From NCBI GenBank assembly GCA_951406725.2, contig OX597815.1, positions 48,050,001 through 48,114,000 on the forward strand: a stretch of 64,000 nucleotides of DNA, written 5' to 3'. Both the position numbers and the translations under genes were made by a program. Each line of letters opens with the position of its first letter. Positions within the stretch are counted from its first letter, which is position 1. The stretch is from Octopus vulgaris. Lineage: Eukaryota. The notes beneath the pieces were generated by a model. It made no database searches. It was not told the origin of the DNA and was given only the letters and a program-made list of their open reading frames with translations. This document shows, in pieces, positions 23,820-36,488 of the stretch.

Positions 23820-24130
23820 GGATTAATGTGACTCAACAGGGTGCATAGCCTGGAGAACAAGGAGTCTCTTTAGACTGAGCAGCAACTTCTTTGCATTGAG
23901 AGGTACTAGAGGCATGGTATTAGAATGTTGCAGGAAAAGATTGCAAGACAGATTCTTCAACACAAACCAACCAACAGGAAAACTAAGTGTAGACCAAGAG
24001 AGAGAGAGAAATGGTAGGATAGTATCAATGATATCAGTTGGTCATGCTTAAGAATCCAACAGGAAAGTGTAATGACTGTTGTAATTATAGCAGGAAGGTG
24101 TAACGACCCTTCCAAGAATGATAGACAACA
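23820..24130 (+). mobile_element. RTE-like LINE 3' fragment
   Basis: Degenerate HGIRMLQEKIARQILQHKP...RPR...W...ISWSCLRIQ; homologous to 56930-57250. Confidence 0.6.
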
Positions 24131-24401
24131 AAAATTGATTGACGGATGGAAGGGATAAAGTAAAAGATAGATGGAAAGAAAGTGAGTACATGGAAACAGG
24201 AAGCAGACATCACTGTGAATATAAGTTGTCTTTTGGTTTACTGAAATGGGATGACAGCCTTGCTTAAGCCTTTAAAATAGACAATGAAAATTAAATTTTT
24301 ATGATGAAATGTTCAAATTGGAATTATTAAGATTTTACAATATTCATTTGTTACTGAACATGAGTGCCTTGAAGTTTTGGTGAAGCATTCCATTATTTCT
24401 A

Positions 24402-24805
24402 CAGGCGCAGGAGTGGCTGTATGGTAAGTAGCTTGCTTACCAACAACATGGTTCTGGGTTCATTCCCACTGCGTGGCACCTTGGGCAAGTGTCTTCTACT
24501 ATAGCCTTGGGCTGACCAAAGCCTTGTGAGTGGATTTGGTAGACAGAAACTGAAAGAAGCCCATCGTATATATGTATATGTGTGAATATATTTGTGTATC
24601 TGTGTTTGTCTCCCCCCGCCCCCAACATCGCTTGACAAGCGATGGTGGTGTGTTTACATCCCCATAACTTAGCAGTTCGGCAAAAGAGACTGATAGAATA
24701 AGTACTAGGCTGCCAAAGAATAAGTCCTGGGATCGATTTGCTCGACTAAAGGTGGTGCTCCAATATGGCTACAGTCAAATGACTGAAGCAAGTAAAAGAG
24801 TAATA
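24402..24805 (+). mobile_element. SINE family A, full length
   Basis: caggagtggctgtatggtaag...gactgaagcaagtaaaagagt. Confidence 0.9.
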
Positions 24806-24869
24806 GATTAAAGTGGTAGAATTGTTAGCATTCTGGACAAAATACTTGGTGGCAATCAGTCACATTTTC

Positions 24870-24980
24870 AGCTGCGTGAACTGGAGCAATGTGAAATAAA
24901 GTGTACCACCCAGTCTTGAATTGAAACCACAATCTTAGGATTACGAGTGCAGCATCCAAACCACTAACCCATGCACCTTC
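24870..24980 (-). mobile_element. SINE family D head fragment
   Basis: ctggagcaatgtgaaataaagtgt...aaccactaaccc. Confidence 0.6.
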
Positions 24981-25539
24981 ACAACATTGCAAAAGATAAA
25001 TTCCAATTTGCTTTCTTTCCTGAGAGAGAGAGGGAGAGAGACAGAGAACTGTCAAGTTGAAATGATGCCCTAAGTTCCCAGAGAGTAAGCTAAAGCAACT
25101 GATCAAAAGAATGAAGCAGCAAATTTTATGAGGAAGCAAGGACCAAAGGTTAGGAACCATACAAGAGTAGTAAAATTATGGAGATAACTTTCACCTTTGG
25201 TAGGGAATCAAGAGCAAGTTAAGGCTACATAATAGTTTCCTTGTTTTTCTAAGATAAGACCCTTTAAGGGACAGCAAAATATTGAAGTTTTGGAACTGTT
25301 ATGTATTTGTGCATTTGTAACCAATAAATATTTTCAACAAAGCACAATGTCAGCGAGTTTTAATATGTTTGGCTATTGACCACAGTGGACGAGCTTTTGA
25401 GTTAAGACATGCAGAACTCTATTCAGAGCCAGCTTAGATAAAAAAAACAAAAAACAAGCTCCTTAGTTGCTTGACAATGGTTACCAGAAAAAAGATAGTA
25501 TTCATTTTGTGGAAGAAGATAGGGCCAATGTCTTTTATT

Positions 25540-25775
25540 TTTAACTTGTTTCAGTCATTGAACTGTGGCCATGCTGGGGCACTACCTTGAAGAGTTTGTC
25601 GAAAAAATGACCCCAGTATTTATTATTTAAGTCAGGTATTTATTCTATAGAGACTGGTAGAATAAGTACCAGGTTTAAAAAGTACTGGGCTTGATTTGTT
25701 CAACTAAAAAAAAAAAAACCATTCAAGGCACAGCCCCAGCATGGCCATAGGCAAATGGGTGAAATAAGTAAATGG
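25540..25775. repeat. Back-to-back inverted pair of SINE family A 3' halves
   Basis: 25540-25648 is the reverse complement of the tail found in forward orientation at 25651-25775. Confidence 0.7.
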
Positions 25776-25869
25776 GATATTCATATTACACTTGACCCAG
25801 TACTAAGGTACCTTTTCTGTCCTCTTCCTCCATCGTCGTCATCGTCATCATCTTCATCATCATCATCAT

Positions 25870-26010
25870 CATTTAATGCCCATTTTCTATGCTGGCATGG
25901 GTTGGATGGTCTGACAGGAGCTGGCATGCAGGGGAACTGCACTAGGCTCCAGTTGTCTGTTTTGGTGAGATTTCTATGGCTGGTTGCCCTTCCTAATGCT
26001 AGCCACCTTA
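25870..26010 (-). mobile_element. SINE family C 3' part
   Basis: (CAT)n then tttaatgccc...gctggcatgggttggatgg...gcccttcctaatgc. Confidence 0.75.
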
Positions 26011-26029
26011 CAAAGGGAACTAGTTGATT

Positions 26030-26550
26030 ACATTGGCTCCAGTGCTAAACTGGTACTAATTTTATCGACACCATAAGAATAAAAGACAAAGCTGACCTTA
26101 GTGGAGTTTGAACTCGGAATGTAAACATAATTATAAAACCACACAGATGGTGATGGTGGTGGGGAACAGTAGACTCACTTACACCCAGAATTTGACTGGT
26201 ATGTATTTTATCAATCCTAGAAGGATGAAATGTAAAATCAGTGTCAGTAGAATGTCAAGTTAGGTAGTATAGGAACACAACCAAATACCATAAGTCATTT
26301 TATCTAATACTGCATTGAGTCAATGATTCCATTAATGGTAATATTTTTCAACACAGACACTGTGCTGCAATTCTTATTCTGGGTGACTGCTGAGGGGTAT
26401 ATTTGGTTAAGACACCCAGTGTATAACTAATACTTATTTTGTCAATGAAAAGCAAAAGCAGTCTGGTTGGAATTTGAACTCAGATATGGAGGTACAAAAA
26501 AATTACATACTGCAAAGCATAATGTCCAACACTATTGAATTCATTTTCCC
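26030..26550 (-). mobile_element. Three degenerate SINE family B fragments
   Basis: Recurrent ctggtact..ttttatc...tttgaactc motifs. Confidence 0.55.
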
Positions 26551-26592
26551 CAACCACAACAGTAGCTATAATAATAATAAGAATATATGAAA

Positions 26593-26593
<1 letters not shown>

Positions 26594-26653
<60 letters not shown>

Positions 26654-26808
26654 TGGCGGTGCCCCAGCATGGCCACAGCTCATAAGCTGAAACTAGAATC
26701 AATCAATCAATAATAATAACAACAACAACAAAATCAGAACATGAACATGCACCTGGCAGAGCAATAGAAGCTGACACGAAACACATAATAACAATGTTGA
26801 AAGTGCAC

Positions 26809-26853
<45 letters not shown>

Positions 26854-26888
26854 GATAATAATAATAATAACAACAACAACAACAATAA
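26594..26888. repeat. (AAT)n/(AAC)n microsatellites
   Basis: Visible directly. Confidence 0.9.
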
Positions 26889-27621
26889 AGTTTCGTTTCA
26901 GGTAATTACTTCTGAAGTAGGTATGAAGTATTAAGTAATGCAATGTCTGTAATGGAAGATGAAGAACGACTTGATTAGGAAAAAGTCCAGAAGTTTGTTT
27001 TCTTGGCCCTTTCAACAACAGTAACGGCAACAACAAGAAGCAGTAAACAGGAAAACTTTTCTATTTTCTATTACATGAGCCTGAGAAGCCATAAGTTACC
27101 ATAGTAAATGTCTCCTATTTTGTATAAAATCTCTCTCTTTCTCTCTCCCTTTCCACCAGCCCTTTTAAGAGTGTAAAAAGCTTTGGATATAGACACAGGC
27201 ACAAGTTTGCAATCTATGCAGTGTGTCAGTAGTGAAAGTATGTCTTAATGTGTTTGTAAAGAAGTAATGTTTTCAATCAGTTTCTTCCACTTGCAAGCAG
27301 CTAGATGTATTTGCAAAAACACAGAGTGTGAAAGATCAGTTACGACCACAGGGTGACAGATGCAAGAAGAAAGGACACGCATCTATTCTGCAAAAAGATG
27401 TGTCGTCAGAAATGAGATTAATGCATTTAGAAAGAAGCGTGGAGCAGCAGCCACTGCTGCAACAAATATCCGCCAGCTGTGTGCAATTGCAAAAGCATGC
27501 AAATTAAAACGGTAACAGATTGGCTGAATGGATTGTATGGAGGAGAGAAATGACTGAAAGTGTAAGCATTCAAACAATACTATAGCAGAAGTCTTTACAA
27601 TTTCAATAGGATTTTGATGGT

Positions 27622-27972
27622 TACAACATACATATATATACATATGTATATGTATGTGTGTATGTATGTGCATGTGTGTATGTATGTATCTATATATATA
27701 TACATGTGTGTATGTATGTGCATGTGTGTATGTATGTATGTATATATATATACACATATATACATACATATATACATATATATATATATACGCATACATA
27801 TATATATACATATATATACATACATACATACATACATATATATATACATATATATATATACATACACATATATATATATATACACATAATATATATATAT
27901 ATATATATACATATATATACATACATACACATATATATATATATATATATTATATACACACACACACATGTA
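27622..27972. repeat. Compound (TA)/(TG)/(CA) microsatellite
   Basis: Visible directly; source of multi-frame YI/HT pseudo-ORFs. Confidence 0.95.
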
Positions 27973-29324
27973 CGACAGAATGAATATATGGGACCTTATT
28001 GAAATCTAAGCTATTATTTTTACTTTTCTTCGTCATGATTTTGATGTCTCTTTTTGCATTTATTTTTTTTATCTGTATTTTCCTGATTTTACTTTTCTAA
28101 AAAGGAAATGGACTTTTTCCCCCAAGGTAGTGGGGGGAAAAAAACCCCCAGAAAAATCAAAAAGAAAATAGAATGACGACAATCAACGCATACACATTTC
28201 AAGTGTACACATACAAGAATAAATGCAAGTACGCCATCTCCCTATGCCATTATAAATAAGGCAAGTCACACACACATACAAACAATATGCAAGCCATTGA
28301 AATAACTAAACACCTATAGAGAGATAGCTATAGGCATATAAATACGTGCACATCAACAGAATGACTTGCACCCAATTATATTCCCGCAGACAACCAAAAA
28401 AGACAGCTATAAATGTCAAATTGGCTTGCTGACCAACCCATAAATACAACTCCGCTTTGGTCCATTTACTTTCAGATTAAACATCCTTCTCTTTCATATA
28501 AAAATCATTAGATTATATTAGAAGATCAATATTGAAGAAGAGTAGGAGAGAGAGAAAGAGGGAGTGAGAGGGAGAGAGAGAGGGGGGGAATGGGGTTGGT
28601 GGTGGTGGAAAACATTTGTGTTTTGATTCCAGCAGGACACTTTTATTATCCATAGCTGAAAAACAGCAGCCTGATTCTGGAATTTCTCTACAGGCAACCA
28701 GAGTTTGTAGGAGAGTAGAGAAAGAAAAGAGATTGGTGTGTGTAAATAAATAAAGAGAAGGAAGGAAGGAAGGAAAGTCATATCTGGTATTGATGCTTGT
28801 TAAAAATCTAACAGCTATTGGCAGTGTAGTGTCATAATGCTGAAATTTAATAGGTTTTTCAGTTTGGAAATATCAGATTGTCATACTGAAATGTTTTCAA
28901 TTGATCACAGTATTATTGCCAAAAAAAGAACTGTAATTAAGTAAAGACTAAAACTGAACCATGTTGTTTAACCCCAGGTCAGCCTTGATCAGGCAGTCCT
29001 ATAATTAAAAGAATTCCATTTATGATCTTGTTTCTATACATGTGGATTTTTTTTTTCTTTAAGATGGCAGGGAAGATTTGGGTGTTATTTTTAGCAGGTT
29101 AAGCAACCAAGTAGAGATTCCTTTAGAACCAAACTGATATAAATATATTAGTTGAATAAATACTATGAGGAGTCAAATTTGTATGCCTGTATATATTTAG
29201 TGAGGTTGTGAAATTAGGTTCCATGACTTTCCAGCAGCTTGAAATGAAGACTGACATCACCATTGGGATAACAGGATCTACTTATCTTTCCTTCCCAAGA
29301 TGCTCTATCAAAGTAGCATGTAGA

Positions 29325-29337
29325 CATATACACACAC

Positions 29338-29396
<59 letters not shown>

Positions 29397-29899
29397 CATA
29401 TTATATATATATATATATACACATACATACATATTATATATATATATATATATACCAGTACATGCATATTTATATATATATATATACATATTATATACAT
29501 ACATATATGTATATATATATACATACATATTATATATATACACACATATATATGTATATTATATGTGTATATATATATGTATGTGTATATATATATACAT
29601 ATATATACATATATACATGTATATATATGTATTTACATATACACACACACACACATATATATATACATATATATACACACACACACACACACACAAAAAA
29701 AAAAAATATACACATATATACATATATATACATATATATATATATACGCATAAATATACATATATACACATATACATACATATACATATATATACACATG
29801 TATATATACATACATATATATATACATATACATACATATATATATATGCATATATTTATACATATTATATACATATGAATATACATACACACACACACT

Positions 29900-29930
<31 letters not shown>
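29325..29930. repeat. Compound (TA)/(CA) microsatellite
   Basis: Visible directly. Confidence 0.95.
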
Positions 29931-29931
<1 letters not shown>

Positions 29932-30370
29932 CCGGAGTAAACACATAAATGTGAAACAAGGTGGAAAAAAGAGTACTCAAATACCAGAGGTAGAGTAATA
30001 TCCTTTATTTAAAAGCAGCAGAAATTTAACAAAAGCTGTTACTCTTAGTTTCACGTTCCCGTTTGTTGGACAGTTTTGTTAAAATAGAACTGAGGTGACA
30101 ATTCTATCAAGACTAGTATAAACGTTACACCTTTAAAAATGGATTTGTTTGATTGGTCCTTTCAAAATGCGAAACTATCCAACAGTGTGATTTGTTTTGC
30201 ATTTTGAAAGGAACAATCAAACAAATCCATTTTTAAAGGTGTAACGTTTATACTAGTCTTGATAGAATTGTCACCTCAGTTCTATTTTAACAAAACTGTC
30301 TGACGAACGGGAACGTAAAACTCCCAGTAAAAGCTCTTGTTAAATTTCTGCTGCTTTTAAATAAAGTATA
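29930..30370. mobile_element. Foldback Penelope-like remnant with a hammerhead motif in each arm
   Basis: 173-bp arms at 30003-30175 and 30194-30366 with an 18-nt loop; hammerhead fold at 30296-30333(+) and its mirror at ~30036-30073(-). Confidence 0.7.
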
Positions 30371-30385
30371 TACATATATATACAT

Positions 30386-30524
30386 ATTAGTCATGGGTTG
30401 CTCTCATCCATTGATTCCTATCTTGTGCTGTTCCGCAACTGCAAACAGAGAGGAAATATAATTCTGTTTACCTAAAGCTACTGTCATTATTTATTTCCTT
30501 TTCGCCCTAACTACAAGAATGACC
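30386..30524 (+). repeat. Left arm of a 139-bp long-range inverted repeat (partner 37865-38003)
   Basis: tattagtcatgggttgctctcatcc...ctacaagaatgacc is the near-exact reverse complement of 37865-38003. Confidence 0.9.
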
Positions 30525-31075
30525 CCCACACCCACATAGCTGACCCTTGCTCCAATACCTCCACCTCACACTTACATCCTCACCCCATCCTACACCACCA
30601 CACCACTCCACGCATGCTAACACTGACCACTTCCCAGCATCAACACCACACCATCATCTGCACACCCACACACCATCATCCACACACCCACGCACCATCA
30701 TCCACACACTCACACATTACAGACGTACACATCCACACAACAAAGTCACAATCACCTATCCACACACAGACATTCTCACATACACATACATGCACACGCA
30801 CCTTTGTTTTGGGATCACCAATACTTTATTATCTCCCCTTCTTTCCACCTCTCCTGTCAAACCTTTTTTCCCAACCAGCCGGCATGCTTGATTGCTAAAT
30901 CCACAAGTTTTTTATTCTGTCTCTGTTTATTTTCTATTATTCCTTTCTGTGGAAGAGTGTAGGCTCAAAATATGAAAGACTTTCTAACTTTCCCGAGCAT
31001 CAAACTAATACACCTACTTGTTGTTCATACACCTGTCTTTGTCTTTTGTTTTACAGTAAATTTCAACTATATATA
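30525..31075 (+). mobile_element. Penelope-like 3' remnant with a degenerate hammerhead (30943-30978)
   Basis: cttt-CTGTGGA-a-gagt-gtag-gctc-AAA-ATAT-G-aaag; downstream catcaaactaatacacct... shared with 56420-56590. Confidence 0.55.
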
Positions 31076-31766
31076 TATGTGTGTGTGTGTGTGTATGTCA
31101 GTTAAAAACATAATAAATGCAAACACAAATGGAAAGCAGACTCAGGTCACCAAATACCCCTCAGTTAATGGCCAGATGGTCAAAGACAATTTTGCACCTT
31201 CAACAAAAATATTGATCCCCTTTTGGTGGTGTCGGCAGCAAGAAGCCACTGTGAAATGATGAGACCAAACATGACAGAAAGTGAACAAACAAATAAGAAA
31301 TGAATAGATATGCAATACAGAAAGTGGATATACGAACATGAATAAATGTGATCGAAGACAAGACTACTCGTGGGGGGATGAGGGACAAAGATGAAAACAG
31401 ACAAAATGAAATATATATATACACCACTGGTCACAATGTGCTTCCAATTTTTGATTTGATTGTAGCATTCTTTTCTATCTTAATGCAAATTGCTTGATCA
31501 CACCATCTTCCCATTGTTATGTAGGCCTTCCAAGTGGTCTTTTAATTTCTTTTGGAAACTACTCAGAAATTGCATGGGTCCAACTGTTGTCTGTGAACCT
31601 TGTAACATGTCTGACTTGGAGGAGCTTGTTCCTGTACTCTTTAATCACATTGTTCACTTCACTCCATTTTTTAATCACTTTATAACACACATACACACAT
31701 CTTTTTAATCACTTTATAACACACATAAACACATCTTTTATAACACACATACACACATCTTTTTAA

Positions 31767-31987
31767 CCCTTTAGCATTTAAACTGGCCATATCCGGCCAA
31801 AAGTATTCTGCCTGTTTTATGTTCAAAATGGCCAGATCTGGTCTCTCACACCAGCCCTACAATATCATCTTTAAAATTAACAGTTACCTCATCAAAATCT
31901 CATAGTTACAAGATAATGCATGATTAATTCAAAACAATGTGGATAAAAAAGCATTAATTTTGGCAGAATAATGTGAACACTAAAGGG
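31767..31987. mobile_element. piggyBac-like MITE
   Basis: TTAA|CCCTTTAGCATT...ACACTAAAGGG|TTAA. Confidence 0.85.
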
Positions 31988-32193
31988 TTAAAGATGTTAC
32001 AGAGGGGTTTGGCTGCTATGGCTAGCAGATCAAATGACCACTTAGAGATTACCTTGTAGTAGTAGTAGTAGTAGTATTATTAGTGGTAGTAGAAGTGGTA
32101 ATGGTGGTGGTAGTAGTAGTAGGAGGAGGAGGAGGAAGTAGATGAGGGGAGTAGAAAATCAAACGACAGCATAGAATGCAACAACTAAAACAG

Positions 32194-32279
32194 TCACTCC
32201 ACAAGATCTGTTTCACTGATGAAATGATCCAGATCTGAGTTAGAATGAAAATGGAAGCCTGCAGAACTAACCAGCTCAA
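32194..32279 (-). other. Candidate phase-1 terminal exon (ELVSSAGFHFHSNSDLDHFISETDLVE*)
   Basis: Minus acceptor ccatttcactttctgccctgtttag followed by an open 27-codon frame; unverified. Confidence 0.2.
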
Positions 32280-33017
32280 CTAAACAGGGCAGAAAGTGAA
32301 ATGGATTTTATGACAATGAAGATGGTGATAGCAATCATTAACTACTAGTATTAGTCATGAGACGATGAGCAAAGTACACACACCACCAGCACCACTGCCA
32401 CCAATAACAACAACAATAATGACATTATCAAGAAGATGTAGTTTTACCTTCCAGCAAGAAATATATCCGAGAGAATTTAGAATAGCTCTAGGCTTATCAA
32501 GTTGTGTGTTTGTCTGTGTGTACTTACATTATATATATATCTATGTATATATTTATATATACACATACATATATATACATACACACATATATACATACAT
32601 ATATATACATACATACACACACACACACACACATATATATACATATATACATGCACACACATAAATATATATATATATATATGTCTTTTCTTGTGCTTGT
32701 GCATATGTAGATGTAGGTATGAACTTTTACAGTGTGCGTGTGTGTGTGTATGAGTTTGTATATATGTGCATATACATTTGGCGAAAAATGCGAGTGAAGA
32801 TGTGTACGTTTTTCATAGTGATGTCTACGTACGCATGTGGGTGTGCGAGCGCACATGTGTGCGTATGAGCAGGCATGCTTACGTGTTTACTATGAACTTT
32901 TAACCTTATTTTAATTAGCGGTCATTGAATTAGCGCTTTTATATAAGTAGCAGACTATAACACAGTAATTTCCTTTTGTATAACGGTCTTTTTTCATAGC
33001 GTTTTTCAGATGGCTAG

Positions 33018-33076
33018 ATAACCGAAGAGATGGTGTTGTGGATTTCCACCTCGGAATCCGAAACTCAGAGTTTTAT
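33018..33076 (+). ncRNA. Type I hammerhead-like motif with CCGAAGA core in a probable Penelope-like remnant (~32880-33170)
   Basis: ataa-CCGAAGA-[31-nt stem II region]-GAA-ACTC-a-GAGT-T-ttat: stem I ataa/ttat and stem III ACTC/GAGT. Confidence 0.55.
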
Positions 33077-33769
33077 GTTGGCTACCAAATAATTGTCACA
33101 TATTAATTTACAGATAAATTTCCTCTATTTACATAATATTGAGGTTTCTTTCTTTTGTTATCTTACTGTTATACATATATATGTATATATACATACATAT
33201 GTATCCATATATATACATATGTTACATACATAGTTTTCTGAATCATCAGAGTTTTCAATATGCTAGGCCACTGGTTTTAAATTGATATTAATAAAATTAA
33301 TATTCAATTTTTCACCCTTATTACTTAAATTTATATATATATATATATACACACACACATATATACACACATATATATACACACACATATATATATACAC
33401 ATATGTATATGTATACATATATATATATGTGTATATATATATGTATACATATACATACACACACACACATATATATATATATATACACACACAAGCGTGT
33501 ATGGTTATACATATATATGACTATGTATAAACATGCATACATATATTTATATAAGCATGTATATATACATATTAATGTAATAGTATAAATATATTTTTTC
33601 TGTAAGTTGGTATGTATGTGTTAGCAAGATAAAGTAATATAACTACATTCAATGTGCACAAGGAAGTTTGTGTTTTGGAAATTCTGGTTACAGAATTCCA
33701 CACTTATGGAAAATTTAAAGTATGACCTCAAGTTTTAGTATGGTATATTCTCGGAACCATGTGCTAATA

Positions 33770-33965
33770 TTAAGTAAACATTACTGCCAATTAAGTGGTG
33801 TTGTTTGCAATCTTCCAAGAAAATATATCTGGACTAGGGCAAAAATACTACTTTTCATGGAATCAGGTATGGTTTGGTGACAGAAAGAGCATTTGGCTGA
33901 AGATATCGGCTCCAGTGAATTTTGTCTGGCTCATGCAAGCAGAGAAAAGTAGATGTGGTGATGGT
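33770..33965 (+). mobile_element. SINE family F 3' part, degenerate
   Basis: gtttggtgacagaaagagcatttggctg...catgcaagcagagaaaagtagatg. Confidence 0.55.
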
Positions 33966-34094
33966 GGTGATACTTTATCATTATTATTATTATTTTCCAA
34001 TTGATTTGCGTTTCATTTCATCTTCCTACTGGATCTCAGCCAAAGACCTAAGGCATATATATATTAGATGAAGAGAACCTTTATATATATATTA

Positions 34095-34350
34095 AAAGAA
34101 CTCTTTCTTCACCCATTCCCTTCTGGTCATTTCAATAAGTGACCGCGTGCGTATCGTTGGCGATTTTCTTTCTCCATCTTCCCTTCCTTGGACCTTCTCT
34201 TTTCCTATGTCTCTGATGAAGAGCTCCGCTCGAAACATTAAATCCTCCTTCTTTCTTTCCTTTTCTGAGTGTCCATTAACACTACACTTGTTCCCCGTCC
34301 TCGCGTTGTTGTGTTTTCTCTTGGTTCATGTTTGGATTAACTATGTATAT
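34095..34350 (+). mobile_element. Penelope-like remnant with a minimal hammerhead (34208-34243)
   Basis: CTGATGA-a-GAGC-tcc-GCTC-GAA-ACAT-T-aaa; intact core and stem II; ends in a TA array. Confidence 0.6.
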
Positions 34351-34434
34351 ATATATAATGTGTGAGGTATATTTGCCATCTCAATATGGCTAACCACTAA
34401 AGGTGGGTGTTACTGTAGCTTGTAGCCCCAGGAG

Positions 34435-34487
<53 letters not shown>

Positions 34488-34703
34488 TGGAGAAAACAGT
34501 TTTTTTCTGTCTTACAGATTGTTGGTTTCCTTGGGATTTGGTCAAAAATTTGTCAGTACTTGTCTTGATCATTCCCAGGGACCCTACAACATCAGGGATG
34601 GCTTTGGCTTTTAATTGTCATGTCCTTGATATCTCAAGGTCCTTACATTTCAGTAGTTTTTCAGATTCCTTGGCTGAAATGTTTCTATCAGTAGGCACTG
34701 TTA

Positions 34704-34763
<60 letters not shown>

Positions 34764-34829
34764 CATCATTTTACAATTACTCTTATTATCATTATTATTC
34801 TGGAAAGGTTTTGATCACAAGATAAGGAC

Positions 34830-35870
34830 CATCTTCCTGGACCCAGGAGGTAAGATGGTTATTCTGGATGTGAACAGTAGCGATGGGGGAACTTTCAGAC
34901 TGGTGGCTATTTATACTCTGATAATTGCAGGGCAGCTGGATTTCTTTAGACATCCAGAGGTTCAGCTGGCAATGCTTGCTCCTTAGTGTTACTAGATGAC
35001 TTGGATGCCATCTTTGATGCACATTTAAATTGTTTGGGGCTAGCTGTTAAAAGAGGCAGGGTCAAAAGCCTCACAAACCTGCTCAAACATGTCCAATTGT
35101 CTGACAGATACTGACTGTATTTCTTGAACATGCCTGGGTCGTATATAAGCAGAGTTTTCTGTAGACCTATAGATAAAGAGAGCATAAGATTCCCACATTT
35201 TAAAACTGGATGATTTGTCCTATGAGCTTTACTTCTTTATGCCAGACTTGCTTGGAGGACTCTTAGCACATATCTACTGCAACATGCAGCAAAGTAGGAG
35301 AATTCCTAGTTCTGTGAGTTGAGGGGCAGTGGCACTGGTAAGAAAGGACCTAAACAAGGGACATCAAATAGAAAATCTTAGGCCCGTAGCTCTTCTAAAT
35401 GCAAATTTCAAAATTTGGGCCAAGGTAGTGCAACAATGTCTTTGGGTAGATGCTAACAAGAAACAACTGACTGGTCTCTTCCAGAGGACTTTCATGTCAG
35501 GGCCCAAGGATAATTTCTTTCCCTGGCAGTGCTACCAAGGGGCATTGCTGGTTCAGGGTAAACTCTATAAGCATGGAAGCGCCATCAGCTGGGCTTGCCT
35601 GAGAAATGCGCAGAGCAATGAAACAATTCTGCAATCTGTTGTCCAGAGCCTGAGCATTGTTAAGTGTATGGTGAATCCAGCTATTGACTGAGACCATTGA
35701 GCAAATTGTCCCACCTCTTTCCTTTGGCTAGGAAAGGCAGGCACTGTCTATTTGGTAGCCTTAGTGAAAGAGAAGAAAATGTTAGCTTTCAGCAACTTTG
35801 TTGAAAGGTGGGTGAATGTGACAAGAATGGTCTGAGTGAATGGGCCTACTCCAAACATGAGTCAATTTAG
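34830..35870 (+). mobile_element. Tx1/L1-clade LINE relic, heavily deleted (APE, RT start and zinc-binding C-terminus)
   Basis: GGTFRLVAIY and DDLDAIFDAHL (APE); LDDLSYELY...VALVRKD.NKG..IENLRPVALLNANFKIWAKV (RT N-terminus); WQCYQGAL.V..KL.KHG......CLR....NETIL (zf-RVT-like). Confidence 0.85.
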
Positions 35871-36079
35871 AGAAGGAAAAGGAAGTGGTAAAGGCATTTG
35901 CTCTGATGGTCTAGGTGAATGTGGTTTTGCAGGTTTTCCACAAGCAGCCCTAGGAGTCTTGCTCTTTGGGGGAATTATTCATTGTTAGAATGTATATTGC
36001 TTTTCTACATTTTACATGATTTTTATGTAAGCCCACATTGCATTGTTCTATATGTTCCTGATGTATTCTTTTTTGTTAA

Positions 36080-36280
36080 GGGACTGAGCTAGCAAAATGG
36101 TTACCATGCCTGGCAAAATGCTTAACAGCATTTCATACATCTTTACATTCTGAGTTCAAGTTCCACCAAAGTTGACATTGCTTTTCAGGGTTGATGAAAT
36201 AAGCACCAGTCAAGTACTAGGGTTGATGTAAATGATTAGCCTCCACTCCGAAGATTCAGGCCTTGGGCCTATAGTTGAAA
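36080..36280 (+). mobile_element. SINE family B
   Basis: gagctagcaaaa...ttctgagttcaagttcc...aataagcaccagtc. Confidence 0.7.
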
Positions 36281-36488
36281 TTATCATCATCATCATCGTT
36301 GTTATTACTATTATTAAAAAAGCAGATTAAATTTCTCAAAATAGCTGCAGTTCAATTTGTTCATAACTAGACTGGGTCATACAGTGAAGTGATGATGGGT
36401 TATTACTAAGATTAACTAAACAGCTTCAAAGAACTGAAAAATTAAAGAATAGCTGCATCATATGTCATGGAGAAGAAAAGCAGACTGT

